Assembly (NCBI GenBank): GCA_973895155.1
Contig: OZ316891.1
Coordinates: 29,990,331-30,054,330 of the forward strand
DNA from: Marsupella aquatica
Lineage: Eukaryota > Plantae > Marchantiophyta
DNA: 64,000 nt
Direction of reading: 5' to 3'
Below the pieces are notes generated by a model. The model worked only from the letters and a program-made list of their open reading frames with translations. It was not told the origin of the DNA and searched no databases. Positions 1-11,902 of the stretch are shown piece by piece; the first letter of the stretch is position 1; the number at the start of each line of letters is the position of its first letter. The position numbers were made by a program, and so were the translations under genes.

Positions 1-1001
1 AAAGTTCAGGGACTGCCCAGAACTAGAAGTGCTAGTAGAATCATCAGAACTAGAGGAAGTGGCCATTGAAAAATGCCTCACAAACGTTTAGATGACACGT
101 GGCAGCCTAGTATACAAGAACGCCTAGAGCTAGACCACACCACGGAGCGAGGCTACAGAGCAAGGAAAAAAATATACTATGAGCAAGGCAAAATCAACAG
201 AGCGAGGCAAGAAAATCTACTATGAGCAAGGCAAGAGGGAGGAGGGAAACCAGGGCAGCTGGGCAAGAAGACAATGAAGGAGGAGATGGATGCAAGAAGA
301 CAATGAGGCAAATGAGGTAATGTCTTTGCCTTTTGCCTTCCTATACCCTCACTGCCACGGCCGATCCTACGCCACGGCCGTTCCTACGCCACGACCGATC
401 GTACGCCATGGCCAATCGTACGCGACCTTACGCAACCCAGCCACTTGCTCCCTTCCATGCGCCTGTGAACTCGCAACCCTCATAATGACCTAGCTGTACG
501 GGTATCCATAGATTTTGAAAAATGATGCACGGTCGTACGGGTGTCCACAGAATGCCGATCAGAGTAATCAGACTTTCGGCCTCTTGATGTTGTGAACCCC
601 TTCAGGACAAACTTGGCTAAAGCTTGCTCACAAATGGTATAAAGCTCTACAGTTCCAATCATTTCTCTCTTTTGTATGGCGCGTGCGTTTCTGGTCATTG
701 CTCACTCTCGGTCTCGCCCTTCGGCCCTTGTCTATCTTGCTTCTGTTCGGTGACTGATTCGACTGACTTGGACATTTATGGTTACAAGAGTTCGTGCAAG
801 GAAAGTCCTGTTTCAAGTATATTGCATTAGTTTTGGTGTCCTTGGTTGGCGACAGGTCTTCTATAGTCCTTAAGAGAGGTATTACTTCATCTACCATTCT
901 CTTAATTTCTTCTCTATGATATCCACCAAATATTTGGCCCTAGCTTTATCTTAATATATGGACCTAACTAAGCCCTAGATAATGTAGGGTTCCTAACGAC
1001 A
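1..1001 (-). mobile_element. 5' part of an LTR retrotransposon (LTR ~588-1001 plus start of a gag-like ORF running off the window)
   Basis: Minus strand reads TGTCGTTAGG...TTCACAACA (1001 to 588), then tcaagagg (could be a Met PBS tggtatcaagag lacking 5 nt). Short gccacggccg-type repeats at 350-420. An ATG at 66 opens MATSSSSDDSTSTSSSGQSLNF to the window edge. Confidence 0.5.
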
Positions 1002-1141
1002 CACTCGTCTACCCACACGTCTACACACTTCAATGGTCTAATTCAGCTTAATCATTCCCCTGATTTATTCATTTCCATATTTTCTCTTTTCCTTCACAAT
1101 TCTTGCTTCTCCAGGATTGTGCTCGTCTTTTCTTGCTCTCC

Positions 1142-1574
1142 CCTTGCCTCGCTCCAAGAGCGTCATGCCCTTGCCTCGCTCCACGAGCGTCATACACTTA
1201 CCTTTCATCAGGAGCATCCTGCCCTTTCTTTTCTCCAAGGGCATCCGCTCTCCATTGCCTCGCCATCAGAGCGTCCCTCAACCGCCTCGCCCCTAGAGCG
1301 ACCCTCCATCGCCTAGCCCCTAGAGCGACCCTCATTCACCTTGCCCCTAGAGCGTCTCTCCATCGCCTCGCCCCTAGAGCGACCCTCATTCACCTCGCCC
1401 CTAGAGCGACCCTCCATCGCCTCGCCTCTAGAGCGACCCTCCATCGCCTCGCCCCTAGAGCGACCCTCCATCGCCTCGCCCCTAGAGCGACCCTCCATCG
1501 CTTCGCCCCTAGAGCGTCCCTCAATCGCCTCGCCCCTAGAGCGTCGCAACCTTGCCTCGCTCCAAGAGCGTCCC
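1142..1574. repeat. 27-bp tandem repeat, ~16 units (cgcctcgcccctagagcgaccctccat)
   Basis: Directly visible; explains the LAPRA/SPLER repetitive ORFs. The core is an imperfect palindrome, CGCTC-NNN-GAGCG in the terminal units. Confidence 0.95.
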
Positions 1575-1752
1575 TGACCTTAGAATCCTGTTGTGTAAAG
1601 CCAATACACATAAACTCCCAAATATTTTTTTCCTTTAAATAGAATTCAAATGTTTAGATCTAATATTGTAATATCTAGAGTAGTGCTTATCAGTGTGCAC
1701 ATCAGCTGAACAATTTTTAAATGTTTTTGGATGCAGAGATCCTTTCGCTACC

Positions 1753-4700
1753 ATGAGTAAATTTATGCGAGGGGATGAAGTTTCATAATTGATAATTGAT
1801 GGTTTTGAAGTGGCAATTGGGACCATCCAAAAGGTTGATCCCAAAGACACTATACACAATATTTGTCTTGGGAAAAATCGAATTGGGGTCCTTATCGAGA
1901 GGTGTCTTGAAACATCTTGTCCACTACCATTTCCATCCAAAACATCATCAAGCCTAGGTGATGCAGTTGACTCATGTGTGATCTGGGATTCTTCCTTGGC
2001 ATATTTGAGGTCTTCAACATTGCCGAAAAGAACCGCTGTGGATGGTGTTCCTACTCCAATGGACGGGGATGAAGGATGTTCCGAAATGGATGTTGGTGGT
2101 AAAGGAGGCAACCTTGCTGAAGGAGAGGAGGTTGAGATGTTCATTTTAGATGAACTTGTATCAAAAGGAGTTGTCTTCAATACCAATCCAATGGACACTT
2201 GTCATAGTGAACGACTCGGTGTTGGCCGTGTCAGTATACAAATATCAGAGGTTGTTCAGGGAAATAGAAAATTACCGTATCCACATCCTGGAGCTGACAC
2301 AGTGCAAGAGGCAATGCAGACTTGGGTAATGTGGGATGTTGTTGATGTTTCAAGAAAAGGCTCTATTCGAGGTTCTGGCATGTTTGTTGGTGCAAACCCG
2401 GGTGCAAACCTGTTTAAGGATCTTCCATTGAAAGATTTTACAATGCATTCCAACTGGATGGCAGAGGAAGTTGACTTGTATGATGTTTCTCGTTGTCGTA
2501 AGGTTGCGACAGGGGTTATCACAGTTCCTTTTGAAGCAGGTGCTGTTGATGATGAACTTCTTGGTCCAGAGCATGTGGGTGTAGCTGTTGTGAATATCAA
2601 GGATCCCGCATTATTTCCAAATATCCGTGCTGGTACTCCAGGTTTGGTGAGGTGGGAAATCAAATCTTTGTTGTTGATTTCATCTCAAATGTTTCTCGGG
2701 GATATCCTTGAGAAAGGTTCACATGTGTGGATAGAATTGGGTCGAAATGAGAGCGACCCGGATTTGGATGGTGATGGGAAACCTCCAAAAAGACCTTATA
2801 ATTTCATTAGAAGGACCAAAGTGGATCTGGAGGAGAAAAAAAAAACATTTGCAATCAAGGGCACTTTTGAAAATCACCGAGGAGTCCATTGATTCCATCC
2901 AAAGAGAAGGTTGTTGCAGGTTAAAGTGTTGCTTGAACATGCCAAGAGAGGACTTGGAGGCAATGAGGAGGGAATTTCATGGAATGTCAAGTGACAACAA
3001 AACAAGTCATATCTTCAATCTTTTTGGGTGTAGAGAAGACCAAGTCAAGAGAAAAGGATTTTTTGTTCTAAAGGGACGTGTGGTTTGTAAGGATGCGTTC
3101 ATAAAAATGCATGGGTTTAGTACGGCAAAGTATTATGATTACAAAAATCAGTACGAAGCTGGGTGCAGAATTGGTTTCCATGGAAATCAAGGGCAACATA
3201 AGACACGATCAAGCACCTTGCATGCTCGTGCATTGTTGGAGTCCATTTTAATCCAAAATGGAGAACCAATGCCACATCTTCCCTATGGTGGGTCCAACGG
3301 CACCGATACTGTCGAATATCGACTCCCATCATGTTTCACTAAGAAGGAGATTTTTCAAGAGGTATTTGCAAAGATGGAATTGGACGGCTATGCTAAGGTT
3401 ACTGAAGTTACCATGTACAACATCTGGAAAAATTCTTTTGATAATTTTGACTTTCACAAGGGCAGTGCATTTGCCAAGTGCACATTTTGCACTGAGTTCA
3501 AAGATCAATTGATGCGGGAGAAGAGAAAAAAAGAGCGTGCAGAGATTGAAGAGAAAAGAGCACGACATCTTCGTGAACAAATGTCAAGGAGATATGTTTA
3601 CTATGCTCATAGGGTTCTTGCAAAGAAGGATCCTCAAAACTATCTTTGCATTATTCATGATAAGATGGACCCAGCCAAGACTTGGATCCCCAGATTGGTC
3701 CCCACTCCAAAATCTCTCTCTGGTAGTGGTCAACCTCTGCCCATTGCCCTTACTGGGATGTTAACCCATGGAAGGGATCCAGGAGTGTATGCACACTTTA
3801 GTTTGACTGGCCTTTGGCCTGGAGATGCAGACTTCACTGTGACATCTTTGGCCAAATGCCTTCGAGATTTGGAGGATTACACTGGAGACAAAATGGGAGA
3901 CATGCTTGAAGCTTTCAATTGGAACGCAACTAGGCCAATATTTCAGTCTCTTTTGGACTTTGAAGCATTTCAAGCGGGTTACTTGGAACCCAAAAATGTT
4001 TCAATTCTCAAGTTTCAAGGCCTTGATGACGGTCAGGAGAGCCAAAAAACCAGCACTGTAACAGATGCTGGTTCTAGAGTTGATCCTGAGACTACGAGCT
4101 CTTTCAAGCCCTTACCAAGGCACCTAACACTGCAGATGGACAATTCAGGAAAAGATAATAAAAATCAATATGTGATGGCATTTTGCAGCGAGCTTGTTAG
4201 TAGGGGGGTGTTTGAAACTGTGCAAATGTCATTCCTCATGGTTGGCCACACCCATGAGGATGTGGATGCACTATTTTCTCAAGTATCCAAACAGGTAAGG
4301 TACAAAGAGGTTGCTACCCTCCTTGCGTTGATGGCTGAGGTTTGGGAGTGTGAAAGCATCCATCCCGTACCACGATTGATTCAGGAGGTTGCATCTTACA
4401 AGCACTATTTGAAGGCTTTCCAAGTGAAAGAGATTGAAGGTCACTCAAAACCAGTGGCATTTCTATTCTCCATGAGGGATAATGTGCCAGTGTATCAATA
4501 TAAAGCACATGTCAAACAACCTTGGCTTCCAGCAACAGGGAGGTCAATTTGGAGAACTGATCTCATCACAAACACGCTCATTTTACCGGAGGGCCAACCA
4601 TTTGCAAAACCTATATCGGGGGAGGTACAAAAGAAAGCCGAGGAAATCATCCCATTCCTTAATCGTTACATTGATTTCTTGAGGAAAAGTTGCAAGGATG

Positions 4701-5494
4701 AGACCTCTGCAGCATACCACGAGAGATTTCCTTTGGTGAAATATTGGGAGAGGCTTTTTATGGCACTCTCTGAGGCACTTACAATAGAAGGGGAGGGAGA
4801 AAGACAATTGTCATTGACAACTGATTTCTGGCCAAAGACTAACCATGGCACAGGTTACAAGGTGATTTTGGGGACCTCTCAACCTTCAAGTGAACCTACT
4901 CAAAATTCAGAGATGATGGACCTTCAAAATGAGTACATGGAAGAGATGGAAGGTCAAGCTGCACCCTTCGTTGGTGCACGAGAAGAGCGAGAACTTGCAC
5001 GTTGGATTCCCCTACAAGATATTCAAGAGGGTCACTTTGTGTTTTTACGTCCAGAGGATGAATGGGAGCAAAAAAATGGCAAAGGGCGTTTCTGGTTAGT
5101 TCGAGCTTTGGGTGGTGTGGATCCAAACCATGAGGTTTCTTCACTAGATTTGCAATTTAGTGAAGGGTCTTCTTCAAGGTTTTCTAAGAGCATTCACCTA
5201 AGTAGCATTCCTAAGCGGTATGCTCCTATGTTCCAAGTGCAATGGTGGAGGCCTAAACATGGTAAGCATGATGCAAAGGATGATGTTCGATACGAACGTT
5301 GCTTTCAGACCACTAAGACTTGGGAGCTAGATCCTGGGTTTAACACTATCACTCAAAGTTGGCAGTTTGCAAATTCTGCAATGTATGGGTTTAAGTCGGG
5401 TGCCAAAGAACAAAATATTATGGATAGAGGTTTGACAATTCCCAAGAATGTTTTGAAAACTCTCAAAACTTACATGGAAGGTATTGATGAGTAG
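1753..5494 (+). pseudogene. Sola-like DDD transposase gene A with three N-terminal repeated beta-domains; disrupted
   Basis: ATG 1753 after a ttggatgcag acceptor; in-frame TAA at 1786-1788. An A10 run at 2836-2845 frameshifts ORF 1789-2892 into ORF 2747-5494 (A9 would restore EEKKKHLQSR). Motifs: CC..CC, FAKCTFC, IIHDKMD, QMDNSGKDNKN, FLMVGHTHEDVD, C-terminal FWLVRA...VQWWRP. Confidence 0.85.
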
Positions 5495-5690
5495 AGTGAT
5501 AGAGTGGTCACAAGCTAGTGTCCACTATGTAATGACTTGTAGACCGTAGGAGGGTCAAGTTAATTTCCATGCATTTGTCTAAAGTAAGTGAGAGAACAAG
5601 GCTTGCATCAAATACTCTATGATCTTTCTTAGTTATTGAATGAACCCCAATTTAGACAAAATTGGACTTCTGGATAATTTCCAGATTTTA

Positions 5691-5732
5691 TTAAATACAA
5701 TTAAATACAATTAAATACAATTAAATACATTA
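5691..5732. repeat. 10-bp tandem repeat (ttaaatacaa) x4 between the convergent genes A and B
   Basis: Directly visible. Confidence 0.85.
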
Positions 5733-6084
5733 AGCCCCATTCAAACCTATAATGATATTCTATAAATCAATCATACACTTGTGTTGTCATTGTCATTGAT
5801 TAAACAAATTATGTGTACTCAAATCTTTAATCTCAAATTGCACACTTTTGAGCGAGACCTTGAGCTATAGTAAGGGTCATTTACATAGAAATAAGGAAAC
5901 ATGTACAATCCATGGTTGGTTGTATTGCCTACAATAATCCTGAAATCTTTGGCGTCAAGCTATACTTGTCAAGTATGTATTAAACTAAATTTACCAGTGT
6001 ATCATAATAATGATACTTAATACTGCAGCTGCACTAAGTAAGTACTATCTTGTAATAACAATCATTTTGTATATCCAAGCAAAT

Positions 6085-9000
6085 CTATTCAACATTTTCT
6101 TCTCCATTTCCTGGTACCTCACTCTCAATGCATCTAGTAAGATTGTTTTGTGCTTTCTCAGCATGTCTTTTTGGAATTGAAATCAAACCAGATTTTCCAG
6201 TAGATCGCGATTTGAAACACCATAGCACAGTATTCACACTAATTCTCTCTATTTCGTACCCAGGATCACATTCCCATTTCTTGTTCCAACAATATATTGA
6301 GCCATCGTTCTTTTGCTTGCTCACATGCTGGTTGACCTCGTTTTTTTTGCATGACAGGTCGTAACCATCTCACATCACACATGTGTTCTATCTGGTTTTG
6401 ATCATTTGGACTTCCCTCTTCCACATCACTCACCGCTTCTCCCAAATAGATTGGGTAAGTATCCAAGTCGTGGGTGTCTGGTCTCACCATGACATAAACA
6501 CCCTTTGTAACATCAATCCGTGGGTTAAAAACCTCACGTGGCTTATCCTTCCGAGGCCCCACATAGTCTATTTGTGCATCCAACTCACACGCAACATTAC
6601 GGTATGCTAATGGAACATGCTCCCTCCATTTGGATACAGGCCAAAATCCGTGCACCAACTCATTTCCATCTTCCGGAAAATATTGTACTTCTATACCCAA
6701 AGTGCCTCTCACACGGTTCCAATATTCAATCAGTGACTCCCAACTTGTTTTTTGTTCCTCCACAATGTGACTTCTCCTCATGATCAATTCAAAAAAGTGC
6801 ACTTGCTTCAGTAGACCTTCTCGAACCTCCTCCAACACTTTAACCTCTGTCATTGGTAACCTCTTTGGTGTTCCGGTTGGAAGGTTAGGACGTTTCTTGA
6901 CTGTCCATGACCACATTTCAATTCCGCCATTCGGAAGCCACCCTTGATCCATTGCCTTTAGCTTGTATTGCATGCAAGGCATGCCATCCTCTCGAACATA
7001 CAGTCGAAACACTCGAGGTTTCAAATGGCCCACCAATGTATCTCCCCCTTTCAACATATAAGGTGCTCAGTAACTTTTAAAATCAGGCACTTCTTGTACA
7101 AAATGGGGAACAGGATTTGGTTTTCGTGATTTCATTAGTAGCGACATTAAATCTGGGAGAGTATACGATGGCTGCCTCATTAGAGCTTCCGAAAAATTAC
7201 CAAACATTGCATCAACATCTTCATGAGTATGTCCGACCATCAGAAATCCCAAATGAACTTCTTCGAACACCTCTCTCGCTGTCAAAAGTGACAAATATGC
7301 CAAAATGAATCTGTTTTTGTTATCTCCAGCACAATTATCAAGTTGTAACTTCAAGATCCTTGGCAATGGTCTATATAGCTGTGTCAAAGATGATGTTTCA
7401 GAAGCCCCTGAAAAATAAGAAATTTTAACAATCAGAACAATGGCATGCATCTAGATTGTAATCTCAAACACACTATTACTCAATCTCAACCAAAACAATA
7501 TTTGAGATTTACCCACAGCCCACGGGTTGTAGCCTTTCTAAGAGGCTAATATTTTGGATCTAGAAATTAATTTAAAAAATGCGATTAGAAGATGAGATTC
7601 ACTCCTAGAAGGATAGACTAGTTGCAACACCTAATCAATGCGTGTACTTACCTAGACTATTGATATAGTCTATGTCTTCCTTGAATGCATCTTGAACCAT
7701 TTCTCCCAAGACGGGCATTCTTCCAATTAACAAATTTGAAAAAAGCTCTGTAGAATCTGGTCCTTCAAGCAATGATTTCACCATTGGTACCGGATTTTCT
7801 AGCATTCGAAATATTGAATCCAAGGAACCAATGCAGGCATTAGGATCAGCCGGCCACACTCCAATATTATACTGGGCAATTGCTTTTGGACCATGACCAT
7901 GAGTCAAGATACCAGTAAGAGTAACCGGGACCCTCTGCACACCATCCAACGATTTTGGGCATCGTGGCATTCTCGGTAGTGCAGTCTTGCAATGATCCAT
8001 CTTGTCGTGAATCATACACAAGACCTCCTTTGGCCTATGCACCGATTCAAACCTCCAAGCATGATACAACATTCTCCCTTCGGTATGATCTTTGTGATGT
8101 CTGCCCTCATCAACCTTCAAAAGTTCCCTTTCCTCTCTTCCTCCAGTCATTTTGGATTTGCGTTTATTTAACTCACAACAAGTCGTGCACTTTGAGAAGT
8201 TACTCCCTTTCTTCTTTATCCCCACCTCCTTAACGTGATTGTTTCGCAGAACACTCATAGTCGGTTGGGAAACTGGACCAATACCAAACTCTTTGTTCCT
8301 AGAGTTCACCTTCTTTCTCAAATTCTCCCAATTCAAACCTATTGGAAGTTCTCTAAGTACTTGGCGGGTATTGTCATTCATAGTTCGTAACTTAGCTGGA
8401 TGGTTATCTGCGCATTCGTCTATAATCCCTTTCATTGACATAAGCGCTTGGGAAACTCTTTCAGACATTCGTCGTTTTCCAAGATTCCCATGAGTACACA
8501 TAATTGCCCCTGCCCTTACCATTTTCTTCACCTCATAAAACTGACTTCTTCCTTTTCCGTATATCACCCTCCACGCTTCCAGACAAACCCCTCTCCCATT
8601 GGTTCCCTCCATACCAACTATCACTCTACCGCTAACATCATGGAGTGAGTTCACAATAGCAGTAACTTCATCTTCCTTCCGCATCTGATAGCTCTTTGCC
8701 CAATGTTTCTCTCGGAGATTATGTGCAAGGTCACGGTTAAAAAATTGGCAGCATTGTTCCTCACAACAATCCACCTTACTAATGTTTTTGGCATCCTCAC
8801 GGTCTAGAAACTTGCTTTTCTTTGACAGTGAAATGTTGGCTACTTTACTTCTCCTTGTAATGTTCACATAAGATCGCTTTCGACTGGATGCATCAATCTC
8901 TATAGGAATAGTGCCCTTGTTTGGAAAGCTCAACATATGACCTTCACTAGCTCGCAACAAGCTGAGAGGCCAAGGGACAAGACAATTCTTGTATCTAAGG

Positions 9001-9304
9001 TGCTCATTTGTCGCGCCATCAACAAAATCAGTAATGAGTATCCCAATGTGTGTGTCTCCGATGATAATTTCCCCTAATGTTGATCCTTGGGTCACAAAAG
9101 TAATCAGCGCTACAGCAAAATTAACATTTGCTTCATCAAACACTTTCACAACCATCCCAACTTGTGGTACAACTCGTCGGATAGTGCTAGGATCAACTTC
9201 CCCAGGGACACTATCACGGGCACTGTTAATATTGTCAACTTCATCAACATGGACTTCAGGGTGTTTCTCTCTAAAGGGATGAACTCTGAGATCATTTTTA
9301 TCCC
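6085..9304 (-). pseudogene. Sola-like DDD transposase gene B, 3' portion (its 5' end lies beyond the CACTA insertion)
   Basis: Open frame 9304 to 7652 (WDKNDL...CCEEQCC...FSKCTTC...MIHDKMD). GT-AG intron 7651-7408. Exon 2 has QLDNCAGDNKN and FLMVGHTHEDVD. In-frame TGA at 7067-7069; frameshift near 6300-6348; stop at 6085. Confidence 0.85.
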
Positions 9305-11427
9305 AAACACAAGGAAGTTTTGGTGCTCACCTAGGTAGGCAAACACTAAGTAACCAGGGAAAATACAAGATAGAAGATAATTTTGCCGAGTTTCATGTTG
9401 GTGTAACCTGGTACCTACCTGAAGGTAGGGATATGCAAACAACCAAAATGGGACTATTGTGGCGATTCCTAAAATACCGATGTATACAAAGTGGATAGTT
9501 GGTAGTTCATAGATTCACCACCATAGCATGGATGTCCAGAAATTCACAAATGTGCAAGAATTGGGTTAATGTAGGACAATGGAAAACTCCAATGATAAGT
9601 TTGGAGTTAAATTTTCAAATAATTTAAGCCAATTTCTTATCGGTAACCTAACCTAACACAAGGACACTACACCTTATGAACTTCTTCGTTCCACTGCTGA
9701 TGTTCATAGACCAGCTCCTGTTCAGTAGGTGGTCGAGTGCTTCTTTTGCTTGGGATTTGCTTCGACATTTTGCTGGCATCAGAGTGCTGGTTACATTCTA
9801 GATTGCACTATGCTTCAATCACCGTTGATGCTGGTGCTACGTGGTCTACTCGCTTGCTCAGCATAATCATTTTCTTGTTCACGTTTTTGGACCTTATCCT
9901 CCATAGCCCGCAGGCTCCATGCGCTCCGTCCTTTGCTCTCATGCGCTCCGTCGCTACTCTCGATGTCAGAGCCAATGTCTGCTCGACACATCAAGAAATG
10001 AAGAAAACTAACTGTCTTGGCGACCATGATCGTGACCATAACGACAAGCTTGCGGTTACCTCGATCCCTGCCTGAGGATCCGATCCAATGTCTGCTCGAC
10101 ACGCCAAAGAGATGACGAAACACAAACTGATCGACTAGCCAAGAGCTCATCAGGACCCGACTCGAGACTTCCATTTGCGCCACTCTCTGTTTGAATTCAA
10201 ACTTTGAATTCGTCGTCCTCTCTATTTAAGACGATCGATACTCTCCTGTGGATTCATTCTGCTCTCTCTCGCATTGGAATTGCATTTCAGGATTCTCGAG
10301 CTCCTTGCAATTTTACAGTTCACCTATCTTCTTAGCGTTCAGCTCGATCAAGACTCAATCATTGAGAGCCTGTATCTCGTCGTTGATGTTCGTGGCGAAT
10401 TGAGCTCAATTCGTTGTGGGTGTCAGTTCTTCGTAGATATTTTGGGCGAATTGCGAGGAGATTCAGAGGAGGAATTGTTACTTGCTCCGAGGAGATGGCA
10501 CCCAAGGATGTAGCAGTCGCAGCGACTGAAGGCGCTACGGGAGCGAAGAAGGGTCGAGGCATGCCGAAGGCTGTGAAGAGGCATCCCGCATTGAAGGAGG
10601 TCGGTGGAGCAGATGTAGTGGGATCGAAGAAGAAGCACAGAGTTTGTTTAGTGAATATAATAATTATGCAACAAAGGATTAATACAGCTCTTACTATGAA
10701 CTACGTGAGTCCAACTAACATAATAAATTACCTGATCATAACCTGCCTTTGGCTAAGCACTAGAATAATCAGATTGCCAATCATGTCAAAGTGTCCATTG
10801 CAAAGGAATTCCTCTACTCATTTTTAGGACTTCCATTCCTGTCTCTAGTCTTCCTATGTCGAGAAAGGGAATCACAATGTTTTTGCTTACGGTAGCTTCC
10901 CAAATTTCACACCCTTCTCTCACCCGCTTATTTAGCCAACTCACATGGACATTGATGGAATTCTGTGTTCCTTCATCCAGAGTTGCGTCAACAAAGCTTT
11001 CTTCTTCAGGTTCATCTTGGAGTGTATTTTCCATAGAGTCAACATCCATAGCTTCGGCAAGAGATGAACCTCCTTCAGTCCGGCCCTGTGCTAGATCTTC
11101 AACACTCCTTACAACCGCCAGTCTCAGCCTTCCATGTACACGAACCTCCACCACATCATGTATTTTGGGGTAAGTAGGGCATGTATGAAGGCCATATGTT
11201 TCTATATGTTGACGCTGACTTCTGTCTTGAAGTTCCAGGCATACAATCTCAGAGGAACCTCTTCCTGCTTGTCGACTAATGGGCATAAATTTATGCAATA
11301 AACGAGAAACTGGTCGAAAACTGGTATCACCATAGTGTTCGGCCGTGGCTCCAAGCAATGGCAAACCTGAGAGCTTGTCAGTTATCATCTGATTATCAAG
11401 TGATCTTTGTATACTGAACCACTTGGC

Positions 11428-11902
11428 TGTTGAGCATAGACGATGATCGCAACGGCAAGCCCATGAACCATCCAACGCACAATAGTCGACACAAGAGATA
11501 CGTGGTTCACCTCCTTGAGGCTACATCCACGGGAACACACAAGAGAGCTTTACTGAACTCTAAGCCCGTCGGCTATACCGAGTCTCCACAGTGTAAGCTC
11601 TCCCTATCTCTCAAGTGGCTCCATAACAATGAGCCTTGGTTCTACCTCTCCAAGCACACATGCCTCTTATGATATAGTGTGCAATTTAGTTGTACCTAAC
11701 CACATAGTTGTACCTAACCACATAGTTGTACCTAATCACGTAGTTGTACCTAACCACATAGTTGTACCTAATCACGTAGTTGTACCTAACCACGTAGTTG
11801 TACCTAACCACATAGTTGTACCTAACCACGTAGTTGTACCAACCCACGTTGTTGTACCAACCACGTCATACCTAACCTAGACGTAAGAGTAAATACCCAA
11901 CA
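11428..11902 (-). mobile_element. Copia-type solo LTR (475 bp) inside the CACTA transposase CDS
   Basis: TGTTG...CAACA termini; 5-bp TSD TTGGC (11423-11427, 11903-11907); homologous to 19307-19667. Confidence 0.9.
11687..11866. repeat. 18-bp tandem repeat (tagttgtacctaaccaca) ~10 units within the solo LTR
   Basis: Directly visible; produces the VVPNH repetitive ORF. Confidence 0.95.

Noticed and set aside
1103-1642. Repetitive ORFs (LAPRA/SPLER/RSRGEA)
   Set aside because: By-products of a stop-free 27-bp tandem repeat, open in several frames.
2836-2845. Programmed ribosomal frameshift at A10 in transposase A
   Set aside because: Gene B is continuous through the equivalent region and gene A has another stop at 1786; a homopolymer mutation or sequencing error is simpler.
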